Below are positions 1-7,495 of a stretch of 26,926 nt of DNA, piece by piece. Origin of the DNA: Vulcanimicrobiota bacterium (lineage in GTDB: Bacteria > Vulcanimicrobiota > Vulcanimicrobiia > Vulcanimicrobiales > Vulcanimicrobiaceae); assembly GCA_003135555.1 (NCBI GenBank), contig PLCF01000072.1, positions 84,483-111,408 of the forward strand, in the 5' to 3' direction. The notes under the pieces were generated by a model. The model was not told the origin of the DNA. It ran no database searches and worked only from the letters and a program-made list of their open reading frames with translations. The position numbers and the translations under genes are program-made. Each line of letters begins with the position of its first letter. The stretch's first letter is position 1.

Positions 1-482
1 CGCTGGCGCATCCCGCCGGAAAATTGGTGCGGATAGTCCTTGAGGCGCTGGCGGGCCAAGGGGATGCGGACGAGCTCGAGCATCTCGACCGCCTTGTCGA
101 GCGCGTCCTTGTGGCTCAGTCCCAGGTGCAGCCGCGTGGCTTCGGCGATCTGCTCGCCGATGGTGAGCACCGGGTTGAGCGAGGTCATCGGGTCCTGGAA
201 GATCATCGCGATGTCGCGGCCGCGGATCTTGCGCATCTCCGCTTCGCTCTTGTCGAGCAGGTTCTCACCCTTGAACAGGATCTTGCCGCGCTCGATACGA
301 CCGTTCTGCGCGATCAGCCGCATGATCGAGAGTGAGGTGACGGACTTGCCCGAGCCGGATTCGCCGACGATCCCCAGCGTCGAGCCGGGTTCGACCGAGA
401 ACGACAGCCCGTTGACGGCGGCGACGGTGCCGTCTTCGGTCTTGAATGTCGTCTTGAGGTCGTGGACCTCGAGCAGCGCCAA
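1..482 (-). CDS. Oligopeptide/dipeptide ABC transporter ATP-binding subunit (OppD/DppD-like), 3' end outside the window
   Basis: Not in the ORF track; translated by hand from TTG at 482: [49 protein letters not shown] (Walker A) ... [11 protein letters not shown] (ABC signature) at the window edge. Confidence 0.93.
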   Translation of the reverse strand, partial: MALLEVHDLKTTFKTEDGTVAAVNGLSFSVEPGSTLGIVGESGSGKSVTSLSIMRLIAQNGRIERGKILFKGENLLDKSEAEMRKIRGRDIAMIFQDPMTSLNPVLTIGEQIAEATRLHLGLSHKDALDKAVEMLELVRIPLARQRLKDYPHQFSGGMRQ

Positions 483-485
483 GTC

Positions 486-860
486 CTAGATTCCGCTCAG
501 ACTCACGAGTAACGCGAAGAAGACGAACAGGACCGCGACGGTCTGCGTGACGCGCGCGATCTGCGCATCGAGCCCCAGCCGGCGCGTCGACGACTCGACG
601 CGGCCGCCCAGCGTTCCGCTGAGCCCTTCCTGTTTGGTGGTCTGGATCGCCAGAAAGAAGACCAACAAGACGCCCAGCACGACGAAACCTCCGGCCAGCG
701 TATGCGTCAGCCAGGGCCAGTGCTGCGCCAGCCACGAGTGCGGGGTGGTATCGAACGTGACGTTCGGCGGCAGCGTGAACGGGGCGATGGACGCCTGGGC
801 AGCGGGCACCTTCTCAGGGACCGGCGCGGCCGAAGCTGCCGCGAGCAGCACGGGAAGCAC
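486..860 (-). CDS. secG: Preprotein translocase subunit SecG with N-terminal extension
   Basis: The C-terminal ~70 aa have two hydrophobic helices flanking [15 protein letters not shown], the typical SecG loop. AGGAG lies about 10 nt upstream of GTG 860. Confidence 0.85.
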   Translation of the reverse strand: MLPVLLAAASAAPVPEKVPAAQASIAPFTLPPNVTFDTTPHSWLAQHWPWLTHTLAGGFVVLGVLLVFFLAIQTTKQEGLSGTLGGRVESSTRRLGLDAQIARVTQTVAVLFVFFALLVSLSGI

Positions 861-947
861 GATGGGGAGACTCCTGTACGGTTCCTACGGGGAACTGGGG
901 GGAAAAGAACCGCCGGGGCTTGGCCCCAAGCGTGAAAAGGTCCTGTC

Positions 948-2834
948 TTAGCCGGCCGGCGACGGGGCCAGCGCGCGGATTCGCGCGGCGATGTTCTCGC
1001 CCGAGAGACCGAACTGCGCGCGCTGCGCTTCCGGCTTGGCGTGCTGGACCAGCACGTTGGGGACGCCGATCCGCTCGACCGTCACGTCCATTCCGCGGTC
1101 GCTGACGAACTCGACCACGGCCGACCCGAATCCGCCCGCCAAGCTGTGTTCCTCGAGCGTGATGAAGCGCCGGTGCGTCTCGCCCAGCTCGAGCAGCAGC
1201 GTCTCGTCGAGCGGCACGACGAAGCGCGCGTTGACCACCGTCGGACGCAATCCGTCGGCCTCCAACAGATCGTAGGCGTCGAGCGCGGCATCGACGGTGT
1301 TGCCCAGCGCGAGGATCGCGACCTCGCTGCCCGCGCGCAGGACCTCGGCCCGCCCGAGCACGAGCGGCGCGGGGGGATCGACGTGCTTGCCGCTGGTCGA
1401 GCCGCGCGGGTAACGGATCGCCGCCGGCGCGCCCAGCGAGAGCGCGAGATCGAGCATCGGCGCGACCTCGCTTTCGTTGCGGGGCGCCATGACGGTGATG
1501 CCGGGGAGCGTACGCAGGTAGGCGACGTCGTAGAGGCCCATGTGCGTTGGACCGTCGTCACCGACGAAACCGGCACGGTCGATCGCGAAGACGACTGGGA
1601 GGCTCTGGACGACGACGTCGTGCACGACCTGATCGTAGGCGCGCTGCAAGAACGTGGAATAGATCGCGCAGACCGGCTTGAGGCCCTGCGTCGACGCGCC
1701 GGCGGCGAAGCAAACCGCGTGCGCCTCGGCGATTCCGACGTCGAAGTATCGTTGCGGGAACATCTTGGCGAACTTCGCCAACCCGGTGCCGTCGGGCATC
1801 GCGGCGGTGATTCCGACCACGTGCTCGTCGCGCTCGGCGGCGGCGATCAGCGCGTCGGCGAAGGCCTGGGCGAAGGTCGGACGCGCCGGCTTTTTTTCGA
1901 GCTTCCCTTCGTCGGGATGATACACGCCCGGGCCGACGCCGTGGAACGTGCGGCTGTCGCCCTCGGCGATGTCATAGCCCTTGCCCTTGACGGTCTTGAC
2001 GTGCAGCAACACCGGTCCCGGGATCTTGCGCGCGTTCGATATCACGTCCATGAGCGTGTCGAGGTCGTGTCCGTCGATCGGGCCGACGTAGCGGAAGCCC
2101 ATCTCCTCGAAGATCACCGGTGCCTTGTGATCGGGTAGGGTGAAGCGCATCCCGGCAATCTCCGCGGTCGAGAGCGCTTTGCGTGCGGTGTCGCCCAGCG
2201 GGACGTGATCGAGCATCCCCTTGAGGACCTCGCGACCCTTGGTGAAGAACGGCTTCGAGCGCAGCATCCCCAGATACGAGGCGATCGAGCCGACGTTGGG
2301 CGCGATCGACATCTCGTTGTCGTTGAGGATCACGATGAAGTTCGTCTTGAGCAGGCCGGCGTTGTTGATCGCCTCGTACGCCAGCCCGCCGGTGAGGGCG
2401 CCGTCGCCGATGATCCCCACGATGGTGTCGGTCCGCCCGGCGAGATCGCGCGCCGTCGCCATGCCGAGCGCGGCCGAGATCGACGTCGAAGCGTGGCCCG
2501 CTCCGAAGGCGTCGTACTCCGACTCGCTGCGCATCGCGAAGCCGCTGACGCCGCCGCCTTGGCGCAAGGTGTGAAAGCGGTCGGCGCGCCCGGTCAAGAG
2601 CTTGTGGACGTAACTCTGGTGGCTGACGTCCCACACGACGACGTCGTTGGGGAGGTCGAGCACCCGGTGCAACGCGATCGTGAGTTCGACGACGCCGAGG
2701 TTGGGCGCGAGGTGTCCGCCGTTGGCGGCGCAGACGCGAATGAGCAGCTCGCGGATCTCGGCGGCGAGCCGATCGAGCTCGGGACGGGTGAGCCGCTTGA
2801 CGTCGGCCGGGGTCGAAATCCGCTCCAGGATCAT
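948..2834 (-). CDS. dxs: 1-deoxy-D-xylulose-5-phosphate synthase
   Basis: Motifs GGHLAPNLGVVELT, WDVSHQSYVHK, GHASTSISAALG, GDGALTGG..EA.NN, ILNDNEMSI, DVGIAE, YSTFLQRAYDQ, DGPTH. Start placed at ATG 2834 (MILERISTPADVK), which matches the usual DXS N-terminus. Confidence 0.97.
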   Translation of the reverse strand: MILERISTPADVKRLTRPELDRLAAEIRELLIRVCAANGGHLAPNLGVVELTIALHRVLDLPNDVVVWDVSHQSYVHKLLTGRADRFHTLRQGGGVSGFAMRSESEYDAFGAGHASTSISAALGMATARDLAGRTDTIVGIIGDGALTGGLAYEAINNAGLLKTNFIVILNDNEMSIAPNVGSIASYLGMLRSKPFFTKGREVLKGMLDHVPLGDTARKALSTAEIAGMRFTLPDHKAPVIFEEMGFRYVGPIDGHDLDTLMDVISNARKIPGPVLLHVKTVKGKGYDIAEGDSRTFHGVGPGVYHPDEGKLEKKPARPTFAQAFADALIAAAERDEHVVGITAAMPDGTGLAKFAKMFPQRYFDVGIAEAHAVCFAAGASTQGLKPVCAIYSTFLQRAYDQVVHDVVVQSLPVVFAIDRAGFVGDDGPTHMGLYDVAYLRTLPGITVMAPRNESEVAPMLDLALSLGAPAAIRYPRGSTSGKHVDPPAPLVLGRAEVLRAGSEVAILALGNTVDAALDAYDLLEADGLRPTVVNARFVVPLDETLLLELGETHRRFITLEEHSLAGGFGSAVVEFVSDRGMDVTVERIGVPNVLVQHAKPEAQRAQFGLSGENIAARIRALAPSPAG

Positions 2835-2846
2835 TCCGGGATGTTC

Positions 2847-2872
2847 TACGAGACGGGCCGAAGGCCCGTTCC
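2847..2872 (-). promoter_or_regulatory. Putative alternative (ECF-like) sigma promoter of dxs, GGAAC-N17-CGTA
   Basis: Minus strand reads GGAAC gggccttcggcccgtct CGTA gaacatcccgga ATG. The same spacing occurs at 7135-7160 and 24297-24322. Confidence 0.5.
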
Positions 2873-3532
2873 GTGCAGGCACCCGACGGATTCGGCGCAA
2901 GCGATTCCTCCCGACAGCCGGCGACTCAGCTGCGCGTCCGCAAGCGGGTCTGGACCGATGTAGCGAAGGTCGTTTCGACGGTCTGCAACCCGTTTTTGGC
3001 CTCGCTCGCCTTGTTCGTGATCCTCGCCGGCGCCCGCTCGCGGAGCTCCCACGAGTTCTGGGTGCTGCTCTTCAACAGCGCGTTCTTCACCTCGATCGCG
3101 CCGATGCTGTTCATCTTCTATCTGTACGCGACGGACCGGATCTCCGACCTCGACATGTCGATCCGCAGCGAGCGCGAGCGCGTCTTCCTAGCCTTCGTGG
3201 TTCTCTACGCGTTGGGTGGTCTGGACCTGTGGCTGATCCACGCGCCCACGATCATGACCGCGACGATGGCCGGCTATGCCGCCAGCCTGTTGATCGTGCA
3301 ATGGATCACGCGCTACTGGAAGATCTCGACCCACGCGCTGGGCGTCACCGCTCCGCTCGTCGTGCTCACGGTCCTGTTTGGCGACGAGCCGGTTCCGTTC
3401 TACGTGCTGATCCTGCTCGTCGGGTGGTCGCGTGTCTACCTGCGCGCGCACACGCTGCTGCAAGTCGTGGCGGGCGTCGGCTTGGCACTCGGAACGACGC
3501 TACTCTTCTTCCGCATCTTCCGCGTCGTCTAA
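2873..3532 (+). CDS. PAP2-superfamily-like polytopic membrane protein (putative lipid phosphate phosphatase)
   Basis: About six hydrophobic segments. KISTH and WSRVYLRAHT resemble the PAP2 C2 and C3 (SRxxxxxH) motifs. Start codon uncertain. Confidence 0.65.
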   Translation: MQAPDGFGASDSSRQPATQLRVRKRVWTDVAKVVSTVCNPFLASLALFVILAGARSRSSHEFWVLLFNSAFFTSIAPMLFIFYLYATDRISDLDMSIRSERERVFLAFVVLYALGGLDLWLIHAPTIMTATMAGYAASLLIVQWITRYWKISTHALGVTAPLVVLTVLFGDEPVPFYVLILLVGWSRVYLRAHTLLQVVAGVGLALGTTLLFFRIFRVV

Positions 3533-4302
3533 GGCGCGACGAGGGCGGCGACGCGGCCGGTCGTGTCGCCGGTCCAGCGGCGGATCGCGGCTTCGAACGC
3601 GTGCGGGTCGCCGTTGGTGTAGTACGCGGTCGTCGACGCGCCGCGCGCCAGGCCCAAGCCGGCGATGAGCTTGGCGCTCGCGGCGGCTTGCGCGACGGCC
3701 GGGTCGATGCGCGCGACGCCGCCGCCCAGCGCGGCGGCGAACCAGCGATCGAGCAGCGGATAGTGGCTGCAGCCGTAGACGATCGCGTCGACGCCGGGTG
3801 CAAGGCCGGCGACGGCATCGATCACGGCTTGGCGCGCCGTCTCGCTCTCGGCCAGGCCCTGCTCGACGATCGGAACGAGTTGCGGCGCGGCGATCTCGTA
3901 CACCTCGGCGGCCGGCGCCGTGGCGCGGATCGCTCGCCCATACGCGCCGCTGCGCACCGTGGCGGCCGTCGCGACGACGGCGATGCGGCGGTACGGCGTT
4001 GCGACGAACGACCGTCCCGCCGTGGCGATCAAATCGAGGACCGGGAACGGCGTGGCCGGCCAGCCCAGCCGCTCCGCGACGGCACAGGTCGTGTTGCAGG
4101 CGGTGATCACGGCATCGACGCGTTGCTCCGCGAGCACCGCCAGGTTGTCGCGCAGAAAACCGGCGATCTCGGCGTCCGTCCGGTCGCCGTACGGGTTATG
4201 CGCTTGGTCGGCGAAGTAGACGATGTCCGCATTGATGCCGGCGGCGCGCATCGCAGCGAGCACCGTGAGCCCGCCCAGGCCCGAATCGTAGACGCCCAGC
4301 AC
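3529..4302 (-). CDS. murI: Glutamate racemase
   Basis: DSGLGGLTV, PYG, ACNT and GCSHYP; both catalytic cysteines present. Confidence 0.93.
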   Translation of the reverse strand: MLGVYDSGLGGLTVLAAMRAAGINADIVYFADQAHNPYGDRTDAEIAGFLRDNLAVLAEQRVDAVITACNTTCAVAERLGWPATPFPVLDLIATAGRSFVATPYRRIAVVATAATVRSGAYGRAIRATAPAAEVYEIAAPQLVPIVEQGLAESETARQAVIDAVAGLAPGVDAIVYGCSHYPLLDRWFAAALGGGVARIDPAVAQAAASAKLIAGLGLARGASTTAYYTNGDPHAFEAAIRRWTGDTTGRVAALVAP

Positions 4303-4303
4303 G

Positions 4304-6244
4304 TTACTGCTGAATGCTCAGCGTGTTGGCGGCCGGCGAACCGGCGTACGCTTTGACGCCGTTGGCGATCCCCTGCGCGACGCTCTGCAAGAAGGACGGC
4401 TGGCGCAGCAGCGCGACGTCGCCGAGATTGGTCACGAACGCGGTCTCGACCAGCACCGCCGGCATCGACGTGTGGCGCACGACGTAGAAGTTCTCGTGGC
4501 GCGTTCCGTCGTCTTGCGTACCGGCGAGCGCGACGAGGTTCTTCTCGATCGCCTGCGCCAGGGATGCGTCCTGGGGTTTGTACCAGTACACCGTGGTGCC
4601 GCGCGCCGTGTCGTTCGGCGCGCTGTTGATGTGGATGCTGATGAACAGGCGCGCGCCCGCGTTGTTGGCCACGTCGCACCGCGTCTGGAGGTACGCTCGA
4701 TCGTCGGCGTTGGGCTTCCCGTCGGTGTGCATCTTCGCCAGGAGGTCGGCGCTGAGCGGATCGATGTCGGTCTCGCGCGTCATGCGCACCGTCCAGCCTT
4801 GCGCGACGAGCAACGCCTTGAGTCGTTGCGCGATGTCGAGGGTGAGCGTTTTTTCCACCAGACCGTTGTGCGCCGTACCGGAATCGCCGCCGCCGTGGCC
4901 CGGATCGATGACGATCAACTTGGGGTTGGTGGCGGCGCCGAACTTCCAAGCCGTCGCGTCGGAAGGATCCGGGCTGGCGGCGCTGGCCACGACCGGAGCA
5001 CCGCCGGTCCGTCCGCTGCCGGTGCGCGCGAGATCGGTCGCGGACTCCTGCGCCACCGTGATGAGCAGCCCCGATTCGCTGGGCGTGAGATCGATGCGCT
5101 GCTCGCCGGAGAGCGTGAACGCGACCCGCACGCTGGGCGAGTCGCTGGACCCTTGCTGGCGCACTCGCACCGACGAGACGGCGCCGAACGACGGATGCTC
5201 GTCGCGGCCCGGGCCGTTGAGCGTCGTCTCGTGGAAGTCGACGTACCAGCGGTTGTCGTTGAGACGGTGCCAGTCGTATGCGGCCGCGGCGCTCAGCGCG
5301 ACTCGCACGACGACCGCGTCGTTGGGCGCGGGCTCGATGGCGACGTCGGTGACGGTCGCACGGCCCGCGACGTTAGGCGGCGCGGCGGTCGGCGCGGCAA
5401 GCGGGATGCCGGATCCGGCCGGATTGTCGGGCGGCGGCGTCGCGAAGCCGCCCGGCGGCGGCGGCGGCGCCGCGCCTGCGGCCGCCACGCCGCGCGATTC
5501 GAAGACCACGGTGTAGGCATCGGGCGAGCCGGACGGCAGCACGCGATGCGTTGCGCCGCGCACGCCGCCGATCGTGATCGTCGTGGTCGGCACGCGCGAC
5601 GAACCGCCGACCGCGACGTCGATGGAGTCGACGGCCGCGCCCGGGATACGCCGGGACGGCGCCAGCGACGATCCCAGACCGACGAACGCGAGTTGGATGC
5701 GATCGGGCGCCTCGGCGGTCGTGTTGGTCAGCAGCGGCATCGCGCCGCGCACCGTGACCAGCGTTCGGCCCGCCTCGGTGCGTACGTCGAGCGCGCCGAT
5801 GCGCGGCTGAAGCACGATCTCGCCCGGGCCCGGTACCGGTTCGACATAGAGCGCCCGCGCCAGCGTGTAGAACGGCAGCACGACGTCGTTCCCGTCGGGC
5901 AGCGCCGCGAACGGCGCCTGGGCGCGAACGCCGGCGACGGTGTACCCCGGGTCGCCGAGGGTGAAGACGATGGTGCGCCGGTCTTGCGCGGTGATCACCA
6001 CGTAGCGCTGTTGGGGCTGGAAGGACACCACCGCACCGAGCCGGTCGAGGAAGCGCCGCATCCCTGCGTCGCGCGTGCTGACCGCGAGGTCGCCCTGCAT
6101 TTCGACGGCGTGTTCGAGGATGAGCCGCGTGCCCTGAAACCACAGCGACGGCGGACGATCCTGCGCGCGCGCCGCGGGCGCGAAGCCGGCGCCGGCGACG
6201 GCCGCGATCAGTAAGCTAGAAACTCGAACGCGAAAGCGGTTCAT
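4304..6244 (-). CDS. Secreted N-acetylmuramoyl-L-alanine amidase (Amidase_3) with AMIN-like N-terminal domains
   Basis: Signal peptide ending ARA-QD. C-terminal IVIDPGHGG, VEK, FISIHINS and PAVLVETAF supply the zinc/catalytic motifs. Pro-rich linker separates beta-rich domains. Confidence 0.92.
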   Translation of the reverse strand: MNRFRVRVSSLLIAAVAGAGFAPAARAQDRPPSLWFQGTRLILEHAVEMQGDLAVSTRDAGMRRFLDRLGAVVSFQPQQRYVVITAQDRRTIVFTLGDPGYTVAGVRAQAPFAALPDGNDVVLPFYTLARALYVEPVPGPGEIVLQPRIGALDVRTEAGRTLVTVRGAMPLLTNTTAEAPDRIQLAFVGLGSSLAPSRRIPGAAVDSIDVAVGGSSRVPTTTITIGGVRGATHRVLPSGSPDAYTVVFESRGVAAAGAAPPPPPGGFATPPPDNPAGSGIPLAAPTAAPPNVAGRATVTDVAIEPAPNDAVVVRVALSAAAAYDWHRLNDNRWYVDFHETTLNGPGRDEHPSFGAVSSVRVRQQGSSDSPSVRVAFTLSGEQRIDLTPSESGLLITVAQESATDLARTGSGRTGGAPVVASAASPDPSDATAWKFGAATNPKLIVIDPGHGGGDSGTAHNGLVEKTLTLDIAQRLKALLVAQGWTVRMTRETDIDPLSADLLAKMHTDGKPNADDRAYLQTRCDVANNAGARLFISIHINSAPNDTARGTTVYWYKPQDASLAQAIEKNLVALAGTQDDGTRHENFYVVRHTSMPAVLVETAFVTNLGDVALLRQPSFLQSVAQGIANGVKAYAGSPAANTLSIQQ

Positions 6245-6719
6245 CGAGCTCCAGGTGTCCTCCGGGTAGCGTGGCGACGCGGGCGCCGTCGATCCGCACC
6301 TTCACCGAGGTGATGCCGAGGTTCGGTTGCGTAAGTGTCCATACGAGCGCCTTGAACTCCGCCGACTCCGCGAACCCGCCTTGCGCCGAGGACGCGACGT
6401 CCTTAGAGATATCGACGTCTGCTATTGATCCCTGAACGTCGACGGCACGCACGCGCGTTCCCGCCGGAAACCGAATCGCGTCGGTCCCCGGGGGCGGGCC
6501 GGCGACGCACTGCGTGGCGGCGTAAAAGGCCACGCTGAGCCGGTCGCGCGCGTTCCCGAGGCTCACCCGCCACGGCACCAGCGTCGTTCCGTCGGCCTTT
6601 GCGTAGTAGACCGTGACCGCATCGCCGACGGCGTTCTGACGGTGTGTGGTGAACCACCATGCCGCAACGACCGCAGCCGCGAACAGCCCGACCAGCACCA
6701 AGGTGCGCGAGAATCGCAT
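6216..6719 (-). CDS. GerMN domain-containing membrane-anchored protein
   Basis: N-terminal TM helix. GP....FPAGTRV, LVWTLTQ, V.VRIDG and GHLEL..PL fit the GerMN pattern. Overlaps the amidase start by 29 nt. Confidence 0.85.
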   Translation of the reverse strand: MRFSRTLVLVGLFAAAVVAAWWFTTHRQNAVGDAVTVYYAKADGTTLVPWRVSLGNARDRLSVAFYAATQCVAGPPPGTDAIRFPAGTRVRAVDVQGSIADVDISKDVASSAQGGFAESAEFKALVWTLTQPNLGITSVKVRIDGARVATLPGGHLELDEPLSRSSF

Positions 6720-6743
6720 CTTGGATGGTCGCTATTCTGCGTG

Positions 6744-7037
6744 CTAGGCGTTACGCCCCTGACGGCGATAGGTGATCCGTCCGCGGGTGAGATCGTAGGG
6801 CGAGAGCTCCACGTCGACGTCGTCGCCGGGCGTGATGCGGATGCGGAAGCGGCGCAGCCGGCCGGCCAGGCTGGCCAGGATCGTGTGCCCGTTCTCGAGT
6901 TCCACCTTGAACGTCGAGCTGGGGAAGGTCTCGACGACGCGGCCGACCAGGCTCAGCGTGTCTTCTTTGACGACGGGGCTGAGCGGCTCGCGGCGCTTCT
7001 TGCCACCGCCGCCCTTGCGTCTGCGGGGAGGGGGAAT
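6744..7037 (-). CDS. infA: Translation initiation factor IF-1, probable non-canonical ATT start
   Basis: [68 protein letters not shown] is clearly IF-1. Product identity is confident; the start is inferred from GAAGGAG-5nt-ATT in frame. Confidence 0.88.
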   Translation of the reverse strand: MPPPRRRKGGGGKKRREPLSPVVKEDTLSLVGRVVETFPSSTFKVELENGHTILASLAGRLRRFRIRITPGDDVDVELSPYDLTRGRITYRRQGRNA

Positions 7038-7134
7038 GGTTACTCCTTCGATGATCGGGGCGGGGTGCGATTGGTCCGGGGGTTCGCGGCCGTAATCCGA
7101 TTCGCCCGCGACGGCGGGTCCCGGGGCGGCGCCG

Positions 7135-7160
7135 GGAACTTCCCCGAGGCGCTCCGGGTT
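7135..7160 (+). promoter_or_regulatory. Putative alternative (ECF-like) sigma promoter, GGAAC-N17-GGTT
   Basis: GGAAC ttccccgaggcgctccg GGTT atgggtggcgtc ATG(7173); same geometry as the motifs before dxs and the malonyl-CoA decarboxylase gene. Confidence 0.42.
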
Positions 7161-7172
7161 ATGGGTGGCGTC

Positions 7173-7256
7173 ATGCTCACAGGTGCTATCGTGTTCGGAA
7201 TGGTCGGCGTCGCAGCCGGGTTTACTTGGGACTACTTCGCTAGCCGAGGCAAGTAA
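7173..7256 (+). CDS. Putative small single-pass membrane protein (27 aa; 31 aa if started at ATG 7161)
   Basis: [27 protein letters not shown]: one hydrophobic helix with a basic tail. Promoter-like motif upstream and a hairpin at 7271-7287 downstream. Confidence 0.5.
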   Translation: MLTGAIVFGMVGVAAGFTWDYFASRGK

Positions 7257-7270
7257 GCGCACGAGGCCCC

Positions 7271-7291
7271 GGCCGCGCCGCGCGGCCTCTT
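7271..7291 (+). terminator. Possible weak terminator hairpin after the small ORF
   Basis: GGCCGCG-ccg-CGCGGCC followed only by TCTT. Confidence 0.3.
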
Positions 7292-7335
7292 GACGCGGAC
7301 CTTACGTTCGCGATGGGCACCATTTGGGACAATCC

Positions 7336-7346
7336 TGTGTTAGAGT
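7336..7346 (+). promoter_or_regulatory. Extended -10 sigma70-type promoter of the zinc-ribbon gene
   Basis: TGTG-T-TAGAGT (TRTG plus TAnnnT); a hairpin begins 5 nt downstream, near the expected transcription start. Confidence 0.55.
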
Positions 7347-7351
7347 GAGCG

Positions 7352-7495
7352 AGCCGAACCGACGTAGGCGTCTTACGTTCGGCTGATAGTACGAGTCATG
7401 TCCCACGTGGTCTGGCGCTCAGGCGTTCTCCCGGTTCAGGTACATCGCACGTCTTCAAACCCCCCGACGCCGGAGTTCATATCGATGTACACTGA
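7352..7495 (+). promoter_or_regulatory. Structured 5' leader, candidate cis-regulatory RNA
   Basis: 5' hairpin AGCCGAAC (7352-7359) / GTTCGGCT (7377-7384). Helix TCAG-GTACATCG (7436-7447) / CGATGTAC-a-CTGA (7483-7495) covers the ATG. Confidence 0.5.

Noticed and set aside
861..947. Overlapping short stems (GCTTGG/CCAAGC, GGGGC/GCCCC) between dxs and secG as a terminator
   Set aside because: The stems are short and the T-run is not adjacent; too weak to call.
3760..3780. MurI GCSHY instead of the usual GCTHY
   Set aside because: Conservative change with the catalytic Cys intact; no sign of inactivation.
2647..4356. Long alternative-frame and antisense ORFs (e.g. 2647-4356, 4472-6214, 8086-10518, 17631-19106, 22603-23754)
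   Set aside because: Arg/Ala/Gly-rich shadows of well-supported genes, expected at this GC content. No recognisable motifs.
7038..7262. 172-aa IF-1 starting at GTG 7262, as in the ORF track
   Set aside because: The extra 75 codons look non-proteinlike, have no SD, and overlap a plausible opposite-strand small gene. A strong SD sits at the internal ATT instead.
7290..7320. TTGACG as a -35 element
   Set aside because: No -10-like hexamer 16-18 nt downstream.
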